Shown here: positions 1 to 8,674 of the stretch, piece by piece
Position numbering within the stretch: the first letter of the stretch is position 1
Layout: every line of letters begins with the position of its first letter
Assembly: GCA_030167865.1 (NCBI GenBank)
Contig: JALAGF010004003.1
Coordinates: forward strand, 107,823 to 127,822
Reading direction: 5' to 3'
Length of the DNA: 20,000 nt
DNA from: Craspedostauros australis
Taxonomy: Eukaryota
Notes under the pieces: generated by a model
Seen by the model: only the letters and a program-made list of their open reading frames with translations
What the model was told of the DNA's origin: nothing
Database searches by the model: none
Translations under genes and position numbers: made by a program

Positions 1-1916
1 CGTACGGGACGGTCGATGTAAATGGAGTCCGTCTTCGCATTGTGCAGGGCGCAGAAGGGGCGTGGCAGAACTTCGCAGTAACGCCTCATCTTCTGCTTCG
101 CATCCGCCAGCGATTGGGCCACGAAGTAAACTGGCTGGAAGGTTGTGACCGGGAAATCCTGGGCGGCAGCTGCGGCAGGGTCCCAGTCAACCATTTGCGG
201 CACCTCCTGTGCGGAGTCATCGTTGTCGGGCACATGTCCAGAGCATGCGTGCTTGATCTCTCCGAACGATGACAGCAGCCCAGCTCCATAGGCCTTGGCA
301 TTCCCATCCTCGCGACACAGCCCAAACTCTACGGAATGCCAGTAACAGCGAGCCAGCTTCTGGATGTCCTCCTCAGACGCCCCGAGACTGGCCAGTCCAA
401 TCTCTTGCGAGAAATCCGCGAAGTCGGTGTTGGCGAACATCGGGGCGTGCCCCAGAAGCTCATGACAGATGTCTGGCTCTGGCGTGTACATGGGCTGGGA
501 GTGATGGCGAATATACTGGGTGGAGAAGAAGACTCGGAATGCAAGACCATTCAGGAAGTCCCTCGACGACAGCAAGCCAGCGACTGGTCTCACACGGAAG
601 CCTGTGCGATCACGGAGGAAGTCGTTGATATCCTGCGATTGCGGGATGTTGTCTCGACTGTATCCGCAGTTTTCCTTCATCACCGCCATGGACTCCTGCG
701 TGCGCATGCGTGTGCACGTATTCGTCACAGTGTGGGGCGATGGTGTGAGAGATGGGTCATGTGTATCACAGTACAAGATGGGGAGACGATCATGGCATCG
801 TGGAGACAGCACAGAGGAAAGCACGGTAATAAGTGAGCGGTATGTGTGGATGCCAATGCAGCACCAATGCGTCATCCTTCTCCAACAAATCTGCCAAGCC
901 CAGCCAAACGGATGGCAAAGCAGGCCATGTCGAATCACCCAGAAACACTGTTCTCGACGTTGTCTGACCATCCGTCCTTGGTATCGAAGGGCACATCGTC
1001 AACAAGTATCGATGAGAACGAACTGTGAGAATGCAACATTGCGAAACTTGCGCTTGCGTACCTTGAACTCCCGGCAGGCGTACTGATCCCAAAGCGGCTC
1101 CATCTCTGTCCACACCGTCGCCCATGTGTCAATTTCACCGGCCGTGTATTCCACATGCTCGATTTTCTTGTCCCAGGCATGTTCCATTGCATGCTGGGCC
1201 AGCTCATTGCGACGGTGCCGGTATTCTTCGTCCGTGAAGCCTGGGTGGTCGCTTTGCAAGTCGATGCCCACATCCAGTGTGCGATGCGCGATCAGATCCA
1301 GTTCTGAGATGTGGCGTGGGAACCATGCAACATCCTTCTGATCCAAGGTGAGCAGCTTGGTTGCAATGGGACGGATCTCTCGCATCAACTGCTGAATGTT
1401 GGCATCCTGGAAGGATCCGTGGAAATCAATGAAGAAGTCGAACTTGCAAGCTCCGTCCTCATCGATGTGTGCTGGGCGTGACTCGATGCGGCTGATGTTG
1501 ACATCGTGCTTCCAGAAGTACTTGAGAACATTGTGCAACATTCCCACTCCATCATCCAGCTCCATCAGCACGGAGACCGTTGGCTGGTCTGTGAGAGCAT
1601 GCTGGCTCTTGCGGTTGTGATTTGTGTCAACAGCAAAGTCACTTTCCGAATGTCGGAACGGATGCTCTGGGCGGTTTCCTTGGTAGTAGCTTTCGTACCC
1701 ATGCTGCAAGACGGGAATCTTGCCGTGGAAGGTCGACCACTGCTGACAGCGCACCCCATGGTCGATGTCATGATGGACCATGTCGTTTTCCTTGAAGCTT
1801 CTTGTCGTACCGAACGACGAGAGGCAACGAGCAGTCGATCTGGCACGGCCGAGAGCCTTGAGGTCGATTCTGCAGATGCTCGCGCAGCGCTGCGCGATCG
1901 ACGACGGTGCCATCAT
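1..1916 (-). CDS. PAH: Phenylalanine-4-hydroxylase-like biopterin-dependent aromatic amino acid hydroxylase with an N-terminal ACT domain; exons 1916-1062 and 695-<1, truncated by the window edge near the C-terminus
   Basis: Exon 1 encodes an ACT domain ([35 protein letters not shown]) and [10 protein letters not shown]...[14 protein letters not shown]. My manual translation of 695-1, which is absent from the ORF track, gives [19 protein letters not shown]...[52 protein letters not shown]...[11 protein letters not shown]...[13 protein letters not shown]. This includes the iron ligands HELLGH and the E of VEFG. The phase-0 GT..CAG intron joins the frames. The start at 1916 follows a CA-rich leader. 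Confidence 0.93.
696..1061 (-). other. Spliceosomal intron of PAH (366 nt, phase 0)
   Basis: Donor AAG|GTACGC at 1061 and acceptor CACGCAG|GAG at 696. Removing it restores the hydroxylase sequence [18 protein letters not shown]. Confidence 0.88.
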
Positions 1917-2006
1917 CGTGTTTGGTGTGGTGTGGTGCGATAGGAGTATGAGTATGAATGGAACAGCCAAACACCAATAGAATGGTTCAAATGAACTTCT
2001 GTCTGT

Positions 2007-2025
2007 TGCTGCTGCTGCTGCTGCT
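2007..2025. repeat. (TGC)6 trinucleotide microsatellite upstream of the PAH start
   Basis: tgctgctgctgctgctgct read directly. Confidence 0.8.
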
Positions 2026-2286
2026 TCCTGTGGTCGAGATTGTGGGCACCTATAGTAGATCGCACGCATTCAATCCAATTCGTTGTGGTGGACGATCAGA
2101 TGCGAAACATCGATCAGCGTAGCGAACGTATCGCAGCAGGATGATGCAAGTATGTACGAGTATGTGTGGGATGCATGAGATCTGTCGGTTCTGACGCTCT
2201 TGATGCGTGTTTGCCCTCATCCGCTTCACCTCAGCTGATGGCTTCTCTTCCATGCGACCAATTCGGATCCTTCTTGTTAACGTCGT

Positions 2287-2313
2287 TGGTGTTGCTGGTG
2301 TTGCTGGTGTTGC
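2287..2313. repeat. Tandem 9-mer (TGGTGTTGC)3, with a fourth copy at 2342-2350
   Basis: Read directly from the sequence. Confidence 0.75.
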
Positions 2314-2605
2314 AACCACGGATCAGGCGGTTGACCAATAGTGGTGTTGCGGTCTCAGAGGCCCCTTTTCTCCAGAGCTTCGCCACTTGTGCCTTCTCGT
2401 CAGCCTCGCAATGACATCAACCGCCCTCTGCGCAGGAATCAACCACGGGGAAGGATGAAAGGAACCAGAGGGCGAGCACAACGAGAACCTCGAAATCAGA
2501 CCGTGTCAGCGTTTGCGCGCCAAAGGCTCCTCCACATCCACGACTTGATGTCAGCAGTCCGTGTCACAAAACAGTTGTCTTCGGTGACTACTGAACACGC
2601 ATTTT

Positions 2606-2641
2606 GCGAACCTGGAGTCGCGAACCTTGAGTTGCGAACCT
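2606..2641. repeat. Three GCGAACCT copies at exact 14-nt spacing, possible cis-element array upstream of PAH
   Basis: Copies at 2606, 2620 and 2634, with spacers GGAGTC and TGAGTT. Confidence 0.6.
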
Positions 2642-3223
2642 CCACCAGATGTGGAACCATTCCGCACCATCTGGAGAGACATGGCTAATCGGGCGAGGAG
2701 GGTGTGCACGCGATGGTACGAGTAGTCCTGTTGCTGGCGATAGCAACAGTAACGGCAAACGCCGACGATGGCGACGATGACGGTTTGCCATTGCGCTTGT
2801 GAGGGTAGTCGTACGTGTATGCTTCACATTCCTAGGTATTTTGTATTTGCATTTGTACTCGCGCTGCTATGTTGTGCTGTATTCGTTGAGTAGATGTGGC
2901 GTAAGATTGGACTTATGTCTGCATTTAATGGTGTTGGATCAGTTCAGATGGAGCACTCAATGGCAGTGCTGCTTTCATTGATTATTTGTGTATTCTTGTT
3001 TTTGATTTGCGGGGAGGGTAGAGTAGAGAAAAGTATGGAAATTGTGCAAAGATGCCTCTTTGTACTCGTATCGTACTAACACGATGAGCGAATCGAAGTA
3101 GGAGCGAGAGCGACGCGAGGCATGGAGTCCTGGCGCAATCGTTCCTTCGTGATCATATACTGGTGTTGAAGCGCTGTGCCGAGGTGTGTTGGGGTGCATG
3201 GCGAGGCGTTTGTTGGGCATTGA

Positions 3224-4146
3224 TTAGTTCATCACCAGGCCCGGGAGGATGGACGCGAGTGCGATCAGGGCGCAAAACTCCAATGACTCGATTACGCCTT
3301 CCTCCATCAACTTGTCCATCCAGAAACGGTTCTGTCTCTGTTCAACAATTTCTGCCGCATTCACCGCCGCTGTTCCGTCCTTGAGGTGCGGGAGCTCCGT
3401 CATGTCCTCCTCGACTTCTGGGAACAGCTGAAGATTTTCCTCGATGTCAGCGAACAGAGTGGTTGGCGGGTTCTCGTCCTGCAACAGCTGGAGCTGCAGA
3501 GACAGCTCCTCCTCGAGCATGTGATGCTCAAGCTCTTCTTCTGTCACTGTGTGCAGGGCGTCTCCAAATAGGACCCCTTTGACGCGCTCACTGTGAAGTT
3601 CTGTGAACAGCCATTGCGATGAGTACAGCCATGAGAGTTAGTGTTTGTTGCCGTTGTTATCATTGTTGTCGTTATTGATGAAGAACAAGGGAAACGCGCA
3701 GAGGAATGAAGAAAGCGAGCACCCGGTTAGTGATAGAGCATGCAAGTTCGAATAGCACGGAATGGACGTCACATTTCGTCATACCCCATGAGCACACGAC
3801 CAGCCCAACGACAGCCTGATCCGTCAAGGCGCATGTTCCTTGTTGTGTTTCAACCAAGATCCGACATGCTCAATAGCGCTACTCGCACGCAACAAGACGT
3901 ACCATCTCGCAAAACACGGAGCTCGTTGACGTCGCATTTGCCAAACGAGTCGGCGCATTCTCGTGCTCGGTTCACGTAGTCCTCCGGAGCCCCGACAGCA
4001 TCCAAGGACTTGTGACCATCATTGTGAAGCGAGACGTATCGGGCCGTCTGGCAACGAGTTGCGGCCTTCGTGTCGATGGTGAACGCTTCGGCGGCTGCAA
4101 GCAGTGATGCGGCGGCAAGGGCAGTAATGTTGAGCTTGGAAATCAT
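3224..4146 (-). CDS. Plastid-targeted protein of unknown function, about 206 aa; exons 4146-3903 and 3600-3224
   Basis: The N-terminus MISKLNITALAAASLLAAAEA-FTIDTKAATR is a signal peptide with an ASAFAP-like cleavage site (F at +1), followed by a T/A/R-rich transit peptide. A phase-1 intron (G|GTACGT ... CTAAC branch ... TTCACAG|AA) joins the frames as ...VLRD-E-LHSERVKG...EEELEHHMLEEELSLQL.... The protein ends in a hydrophobic helix (FCALIALASILPGLV). Confidence 0.8.
3601..3902 (-). other. Spliceosomal intron (302 nt, phase 1)
   Basis: Donor GTACGT at 3902, canonical CTAAC branch point near 3637-3641, acceptor CAG at 3603-3601. The frame is restored. Confidence 0.8.
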
Positions 4147-5040
4147 GGTCGTGGTGTGTTGGGTGCTATGTAAGCTTGGTGCTGAACGCTGAGTGCTGTG
4201 GTTGAGATCTGACTTTGTAACGATTATATCGACGAGGATGGAAAATGAGAGCATGAGGGCAAATCCTGTGGGAGACCAGAAGGCTTTTCCTTCGCAGATC
4301 TTGGTGATGTGTTGGGGGAGAGCGCCTTTGAGCAATGCACAAACCTCCACCACAGTTCGCAGCGCTGCTTTTGGTGCTCGACACACTCTGCGTGGGCATC
4401 GCGAACCTCGAGCACACATCATTCCCGCGCGTGGGTGCCCCATGTTTGGAGTCGAACCGTACCTCCTTCTTGGGATCATGGGTTGGTTGATGCCGAAGTT
4501 GGAATTCTTGTTGTGCCAGATGACCGTTTGACAACCACTATTCTCATTCAACCAACAACACGAACCCCATTGCGAACGATGTTCTCATCCAACAATTCTG
4601 TTGTTCAGCTGAGTCGCAAGGGTCGAACGAATCGATCAGAACCATTTCTGGAAAGAGCGGTGTCAGCATTGCAACACAACGGTGATGTCATGGATTCGCA
4701 CATGTGATGTCCAGATTCAAAACGCGGTCGGAGTCGATCACGATCAACACACCAGACGCGCTACGGAGGGACAGAGGAAGGAGTTCCTCTGGGAGATGTG
4801 AGAAACCCCACATGGAGGCATGATCTACCTGTGTTGGTGGAGCATCGAGTAGTTCGCGCGAGAACGGATGGAGAGAAACGCTGCTCAACCATACTCGTGC
4901 AATACTGACTTGCGGGTAAGCCTCGTTCACAAGGAACGAGGAAGCCGTCAACATCATATATTAGTTTGGAATCGACTGTGTGTGGCGAAGAAACGAAGCC
5001 GACGATCTTGGCCGGGTCAACTTCGAACGACAACGCCACG

Positions 5041-6642
5041 ATGGATCGTCCGATCCCAACCAGCAGCGACACCGATGGCAATGACGAGGCAGAGCATGCC
5101 GCAGGAGCAGAGGGAGGAGCATCCCTTAACGAGCCGTTGCTGCGAACGAGTGCCAACCTTGGCAGCAGCATGGATGAAGAGACCGGCAACAGCGGCGGTG
5201 GCGGCGGCCTCAACAGGCATGCAGGACGGTCGCAGTCTGATCTGCGGCAGAGACAACGACATCGGGCTGGAGACGCATCTTCCCGAATCTTGGATCGAGA
5301 TGCTGCCTTCCATCAATCCCGAGGACGATGGAGTGTCGAGCGTCTGACCAGGGGACACAGGCAGAACATCAACTTCTGCCGGCGATGGCATCAGAAGATA
5401 TGGAAGGACTGGATCCACGGAGATTGGTTCCATCGGCTGGCCTACATGAGGACCTTGCCGTTGCTGATGCTATTCGTGTTCGTATACTGCGTGATCGTCG
5501 TGTTCTTTGCCTTCGTCTACCTGACGTCATCGCGGTTGGGGCAGCAGATCACGACCAACGCAGACGGGACGTCCAAGGTGATTCCATTCTGCGACATGGA
5601 TGTGAACGACCATCTGGAGGCGCTGTACTTCTCGCTGTCCACGATGACGACGATCGGGTACGGTGTGTCCAACTACTACTACAGCGGATGTTGGACCCCT
5701 TTGCTGCTGGTTTTGTGGCAGGTCTGCACGGCGATTCTGTTCGATGCCATCGCCGTGGGACTCATCTTTCATCGCATATCCAGGGGACGCAAGCGGGGCA
5801 AGACCATCACGTTCTCTGACAAGGCGGTCATTCGCAGAGTGAGAGGCGTACCGCATCTCATGTTCCGTCTCGGTGAGCTTCGCAAGTACTCCCTCATCGA
5901 GGCGACTTTGCGCGTCTACTGCGTGCGGCACGAACGTCATCCGGTGCCAAAGCGTTCGTTTATCAAGCCGCCTGCGGGACAGCAACTACACCAGCAGCAG
6001 CATGGCCAGGAGCGAAGTATCAGGCAAGCACCTGAACAGAAGGATGCGAATGATGTGCTATCCTCTCCCTCGTCCGGAAACAGCAGCCTGCCGCCACCCC
6101 CCTCAATGGAGGAGATCGACATTGAAACAACTCACTTCATCACAAGGCAAGTGCGACTGACAAATCCGGACGAATCTTTCGGGAATCACATCCTGATGAG
6201 CCTTCCGCAGGTGGTTGTCCACCGTATGGATCGCAATTCCCCGCTGCTGCCGCCACAGCCCGTTTGGTACGACGCAGATGGCGCGGCACATCCCGGCTTG
6301 TCGGATTTTGACAACCTCAAGGCCTTTCTGCAGGATCGATTGGCGGAGATCGTCGTCTTGGTGGAAGGCACCGACGAAGGGACGGGGGCACCGGTGCAGG
6401 CTCGCCATTCCTACACGTTGTACGACCTTGCCTGGAACAAGACCTTCGTTTCGTGCATCGCTCCGTCCATGGAGGATGTTGGAGAGGATGGCAACGATGG
6501 CGGTTGGAGATTGCCGCTGCGACAGCACTCCACAGAAGCCGACAACGTTGTCCAGGTGGATTTCTCCAAATTCCATGACATTGTTGATACACCGCTGGAC
6601 TGCGAGTCGTGCGCGTACGTTACGCCATCGGAAAGTTCTTGA
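5041..6642 (+). CDS. Inward-rectifier potassium channel (Kir/IRK family), about 533 aa, single exon
   Basis: TM1 (LLMLFVFVYCVIVVFFAFVYL), pore helix and filter (FSLSTMTTIGYG), TM2 (LLLVLWQVCTAILFDAIAVGLIF), followed by Kir cytoplasmic motifs TITFSDKAVI, LMFRLGELRK, VVVHRMDRNSPL, EIVVLVEG...QARHSY and VDFSKFH. The first ATG is at 5041; the track start at 4966 is a TTG. Confidence 0.92.
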   Translation: MDRPIPTSSDTDGNDEAEHAAGAEGGASLNEPLLRTSANLGSSMDEETGNSGGGGGLNRHAGRSQSDLRQRQRHRAGDASSRILDRDAAFHQSRGRWSVERLTRGHRQNINFCRRWHQKIWKDWIHGDWFHRLAYMRTLPLLMLFVFVYCVIVVFFAFVYLTSSRLGQQITTNADGTSKVIPFCDMDVNDHLEALYFSLSTMTTIGYGVSNYYYSGCWTPLLLVLWQVCTAILFDAIAVGLIFHRISRGRKRGKTITFSDKAVIRRVRGVPHLMFRLGELRKYSLIEATLRVYCVRHERHPVPKRSFIKPPAGQQLHQQQHGQERSIRQAPEQKDANDVLSSPSSGNSSLPPPPSMEEIDIETTHFITRQVRLTNPDESFGNHILMSLPQVVVHRMDRNSPLLPPQPVWYDADGAAHPGLSDFDNLKAFLQDRLAEIVVLVEGTDEGTGAPVQARHSYTLYDLAWNKTFVSCIAPSMEDVGEDGNDGGWRLPLRQHSTEADNVVQVDFSKFHDIVDTPLDCESCAYVTPSESS

Positions 6643-6980
6643 GCTGGTGCGACTATGTCATCGTGGAAAGTGTATGCAGAGCACCCAGAATGATCAGCGT
6701 TCCGTCTCCAATTGAATGAGGGAGACAGGAAGAAGAGGCCCAATCTAAGGAGTATAGATTAGACAACCTTACAAGAGAGATAGAGGTAGAGAGACTATTG
6801 ATATGTGTTGCAGTTATGATTCGGACAGAGTACTTTGGTCTGTGCTAGCATGATGCATGCATTGCCGTATCATAGTGCTACGTACGTACGCACGCTCAGT
6901 CCGCATCAACTCGTACGTCTACTTTCCCAAAAGTCTATTTTTGTGGCGCAGGCTGTCCCGCTGTCAGATGATGCGCGGTG

Positions 6981-7072
6981 ATTGGATGACGAAGACAGAT
7001 GCGTTGGCACGATGTCACGATAGAATTGCGAGTGTCGCGAAATGATTGGCCAATGCCGACCACAGCGATTGG
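6981..7072 (+). promoter_or_regulatory. Cluster of CCAAT/ATTGG boxes, putative promoter for the downstream + strand transcript
   Basis: ATTGG at 6981, 7045 and 7068, and CCAAT at 7050 (palindrome ATTGGCCAAT 7045-7054). It lies just upstream of the ATG-free tract. The function is inferred. Confidence 0.35.
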
Positions 7073-7783
7073 CACCAAAGGGGAAATGCGCGCGAACACG
7101 GACTCGCGTCTTCGTGGAAAGGCCTCCTCTGTGCGCGCGCACTTCCCATCAGGTGTCAACACGAACGGGTGGATTCTTGCACGCAAGGTGTACTGGAACG
7201 GAGATCACTGATGCGAGGGAGAGAATTCTATCGGCGCCTTCGTCCACTTTGACCTTTTGTGGAGGAACAACATGGAGACAGAGAAGAGGCAGAGTAGTGC
7301 AGAGTGTCGAGAGCGACCATGTGATGTTGGTTCAACACCACTCCAACATACTCTACGCCAATGGTACACACACAAGTATTAGTGACAATCTTGTTGCAGA
7401 GCATCGCAGAGTTCAAACCACATCAGCAGACATCGAACAGAACCAAGAGGAGAGAGAGAGTTGCAGCCACAGGCGAAGTGACAAGTGAATTGACAAGCGA
7501 AGTGAAGTGAAACGAGCTGAGCAGACATCAGAATCGACATTGCCACTGACGTCGCCAATCAACACAAAACTCACCAACACAAACCGCACAAGAGAACCTC
7601 GATAGGAGGCGCAGGATCTTGGGAGATTCATCGTCGCACAGCATTCTCCACCATACTCGTGGCACGTATCTATCCCATCATTTCACTCCAACATCACTCC
7701 AACATCACCCCATCCCACAAACACAACACATCAACGAAGATTCATCTGATCTGAGCGATATCCAGTCCATCAATCTAACAAGC

Positions 7784-7826
7784 GATCCAACCAACGATCC
7801 AACCAACGACAGAAGGATCCAACCAA
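7784..7826. repeat. Three copies of GATCCAACCAA (7784, 7796, 7816); a nearby TCACTCCAACA tandem duplicate at 7683-7704
   Basis: Read directly from the sequence. Confidence 0.7.
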
Positions 7827-8383
7827 GAGACAAAGAGGAAGGAAGGCCAACAACACGAGGTGTTCGTTCGAATTCACGAAGAGAGGAGAATACAAACAGA
7901 GGCGACACGAACCGACCTCAACCAAAGCTCGATTCGACTTAGTTCTTTCTTGACACGGGTGTCACGCAGGTTTCCTTCCCTTCACCAAAGAGGAGGCTTC
8001 ACCTGAAGCTTCGCGCGAGGTTCATCGGACATCACACGACGACATCAACGTCTGATTGCTCAATTCGACCTTGAGGAGGCGAAAGTGGGCATCAGAACAC
8101 CCATCAACCAGTACGCGGACATCGTCGACGCCAACATCAACGCCGACGCAAAAGTCAACCCGTCGCTGAGCAAGCTTGCTCTCGAGCGCAGGCATTTTCG
8201 CAAGGGCCAGCCAATCAACTCACAAACAACCCATCAAAGCAAAGCTCAAGGTGCGACTGACAATCAGCTGACTTCATCCGTTGTTCATAAAACAGAATCA
8301 AAGCCAAGCAAAGCAAAGCAATTGCAACAGAGACGACATCAACGACGACACCCATCAACACCATCACCGTCACTGTCACTACA

Positions 8384-8674
8384 ATGGAGCTCGCAACACA
8401 AGTCAGCGCCCTGTTGGGCACAAGTTTGGTCATTTATTGGGCGACATCGCCCAACCACGAGAAAGAATTGGAAGTCATGATGGACTCCCAGCAGCTCACA
8501 GGCAAACTCACGGGTGTCAAGCGATACTCCTCCTACCATCGCAAACGAATGCTTGACATCCAACAACGGATAATCACGACATCGTCATTATCGTCATCAT
8601 CATCGTCGGCGATGGATTCCAACTCCACAACGTCCACGCTGTCAGATGACATGGATGGTCTGTCGGAGAGATGA
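8384..8674 (+). CDS. Small hypothetical protein, 96 aa, with an N-terminal hydrophobic anchor and a Ser-rich tail
   Basis: The ATG is in good context (ACAATGG) after a CA-rich leader and is the first + strand ATG in 1020 nt. The hydrophobic segment VSALLGTSLVIYWAT is followed by the basic motif KRYSSYHRKR. I recognise no family. Confidence 0.6.
   Translation: MELATQVSALLGTSLVIYWATSPNHEKELEVMMDSQQLTGKLTGVKRYSSYHRKRMLDIQQRIITTSSLSSSSSSAMDSNSTTSTLSDDMDGLSER

Noticed and set aside
696..1061. Relatively long introns (366 nt here and 302 nt at 3601-3902) as possible hosts for a snoRNA or TPP riboswitch
   Set aside because: I found no C/D or H/ACA box arrangement and no TPP aptamer consensus by eye.
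1917..2069. Upstream in-frame ATG at 2069 adding 51 aa with a hydrophobic stretch to PAH
   Set aside because: The extension spans a CAG microsatellite and a typical CA-rich leader directly before the 1916 ATG, so it is more likely UTR. It cannot be fully excluded without TSS data.
4868..4964. Possible upstream Kir exon (ATG 4868, donor GTAAGC at 4916, acceptor TAG at 4964)
   Set aside because: The intron would be only 49 nt and the junction is out of frame with the channel ORF.
7683..7826. Short direct repeats that could suggest a CRISPR-like array or mobile-element ends
   Set aside because: The units are 11-12 nt without unique regular spacers, the context is eukaryotic, and there are no cas or transposase genes or terminal repeats.
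7990..8056. ACC-TGA resembling an antizyme +1 frameshift site
   Set aside because: The shifted frame closes after about 16 codons, there is no AUG-initiated ORF1, and there is no antizyme similarity.
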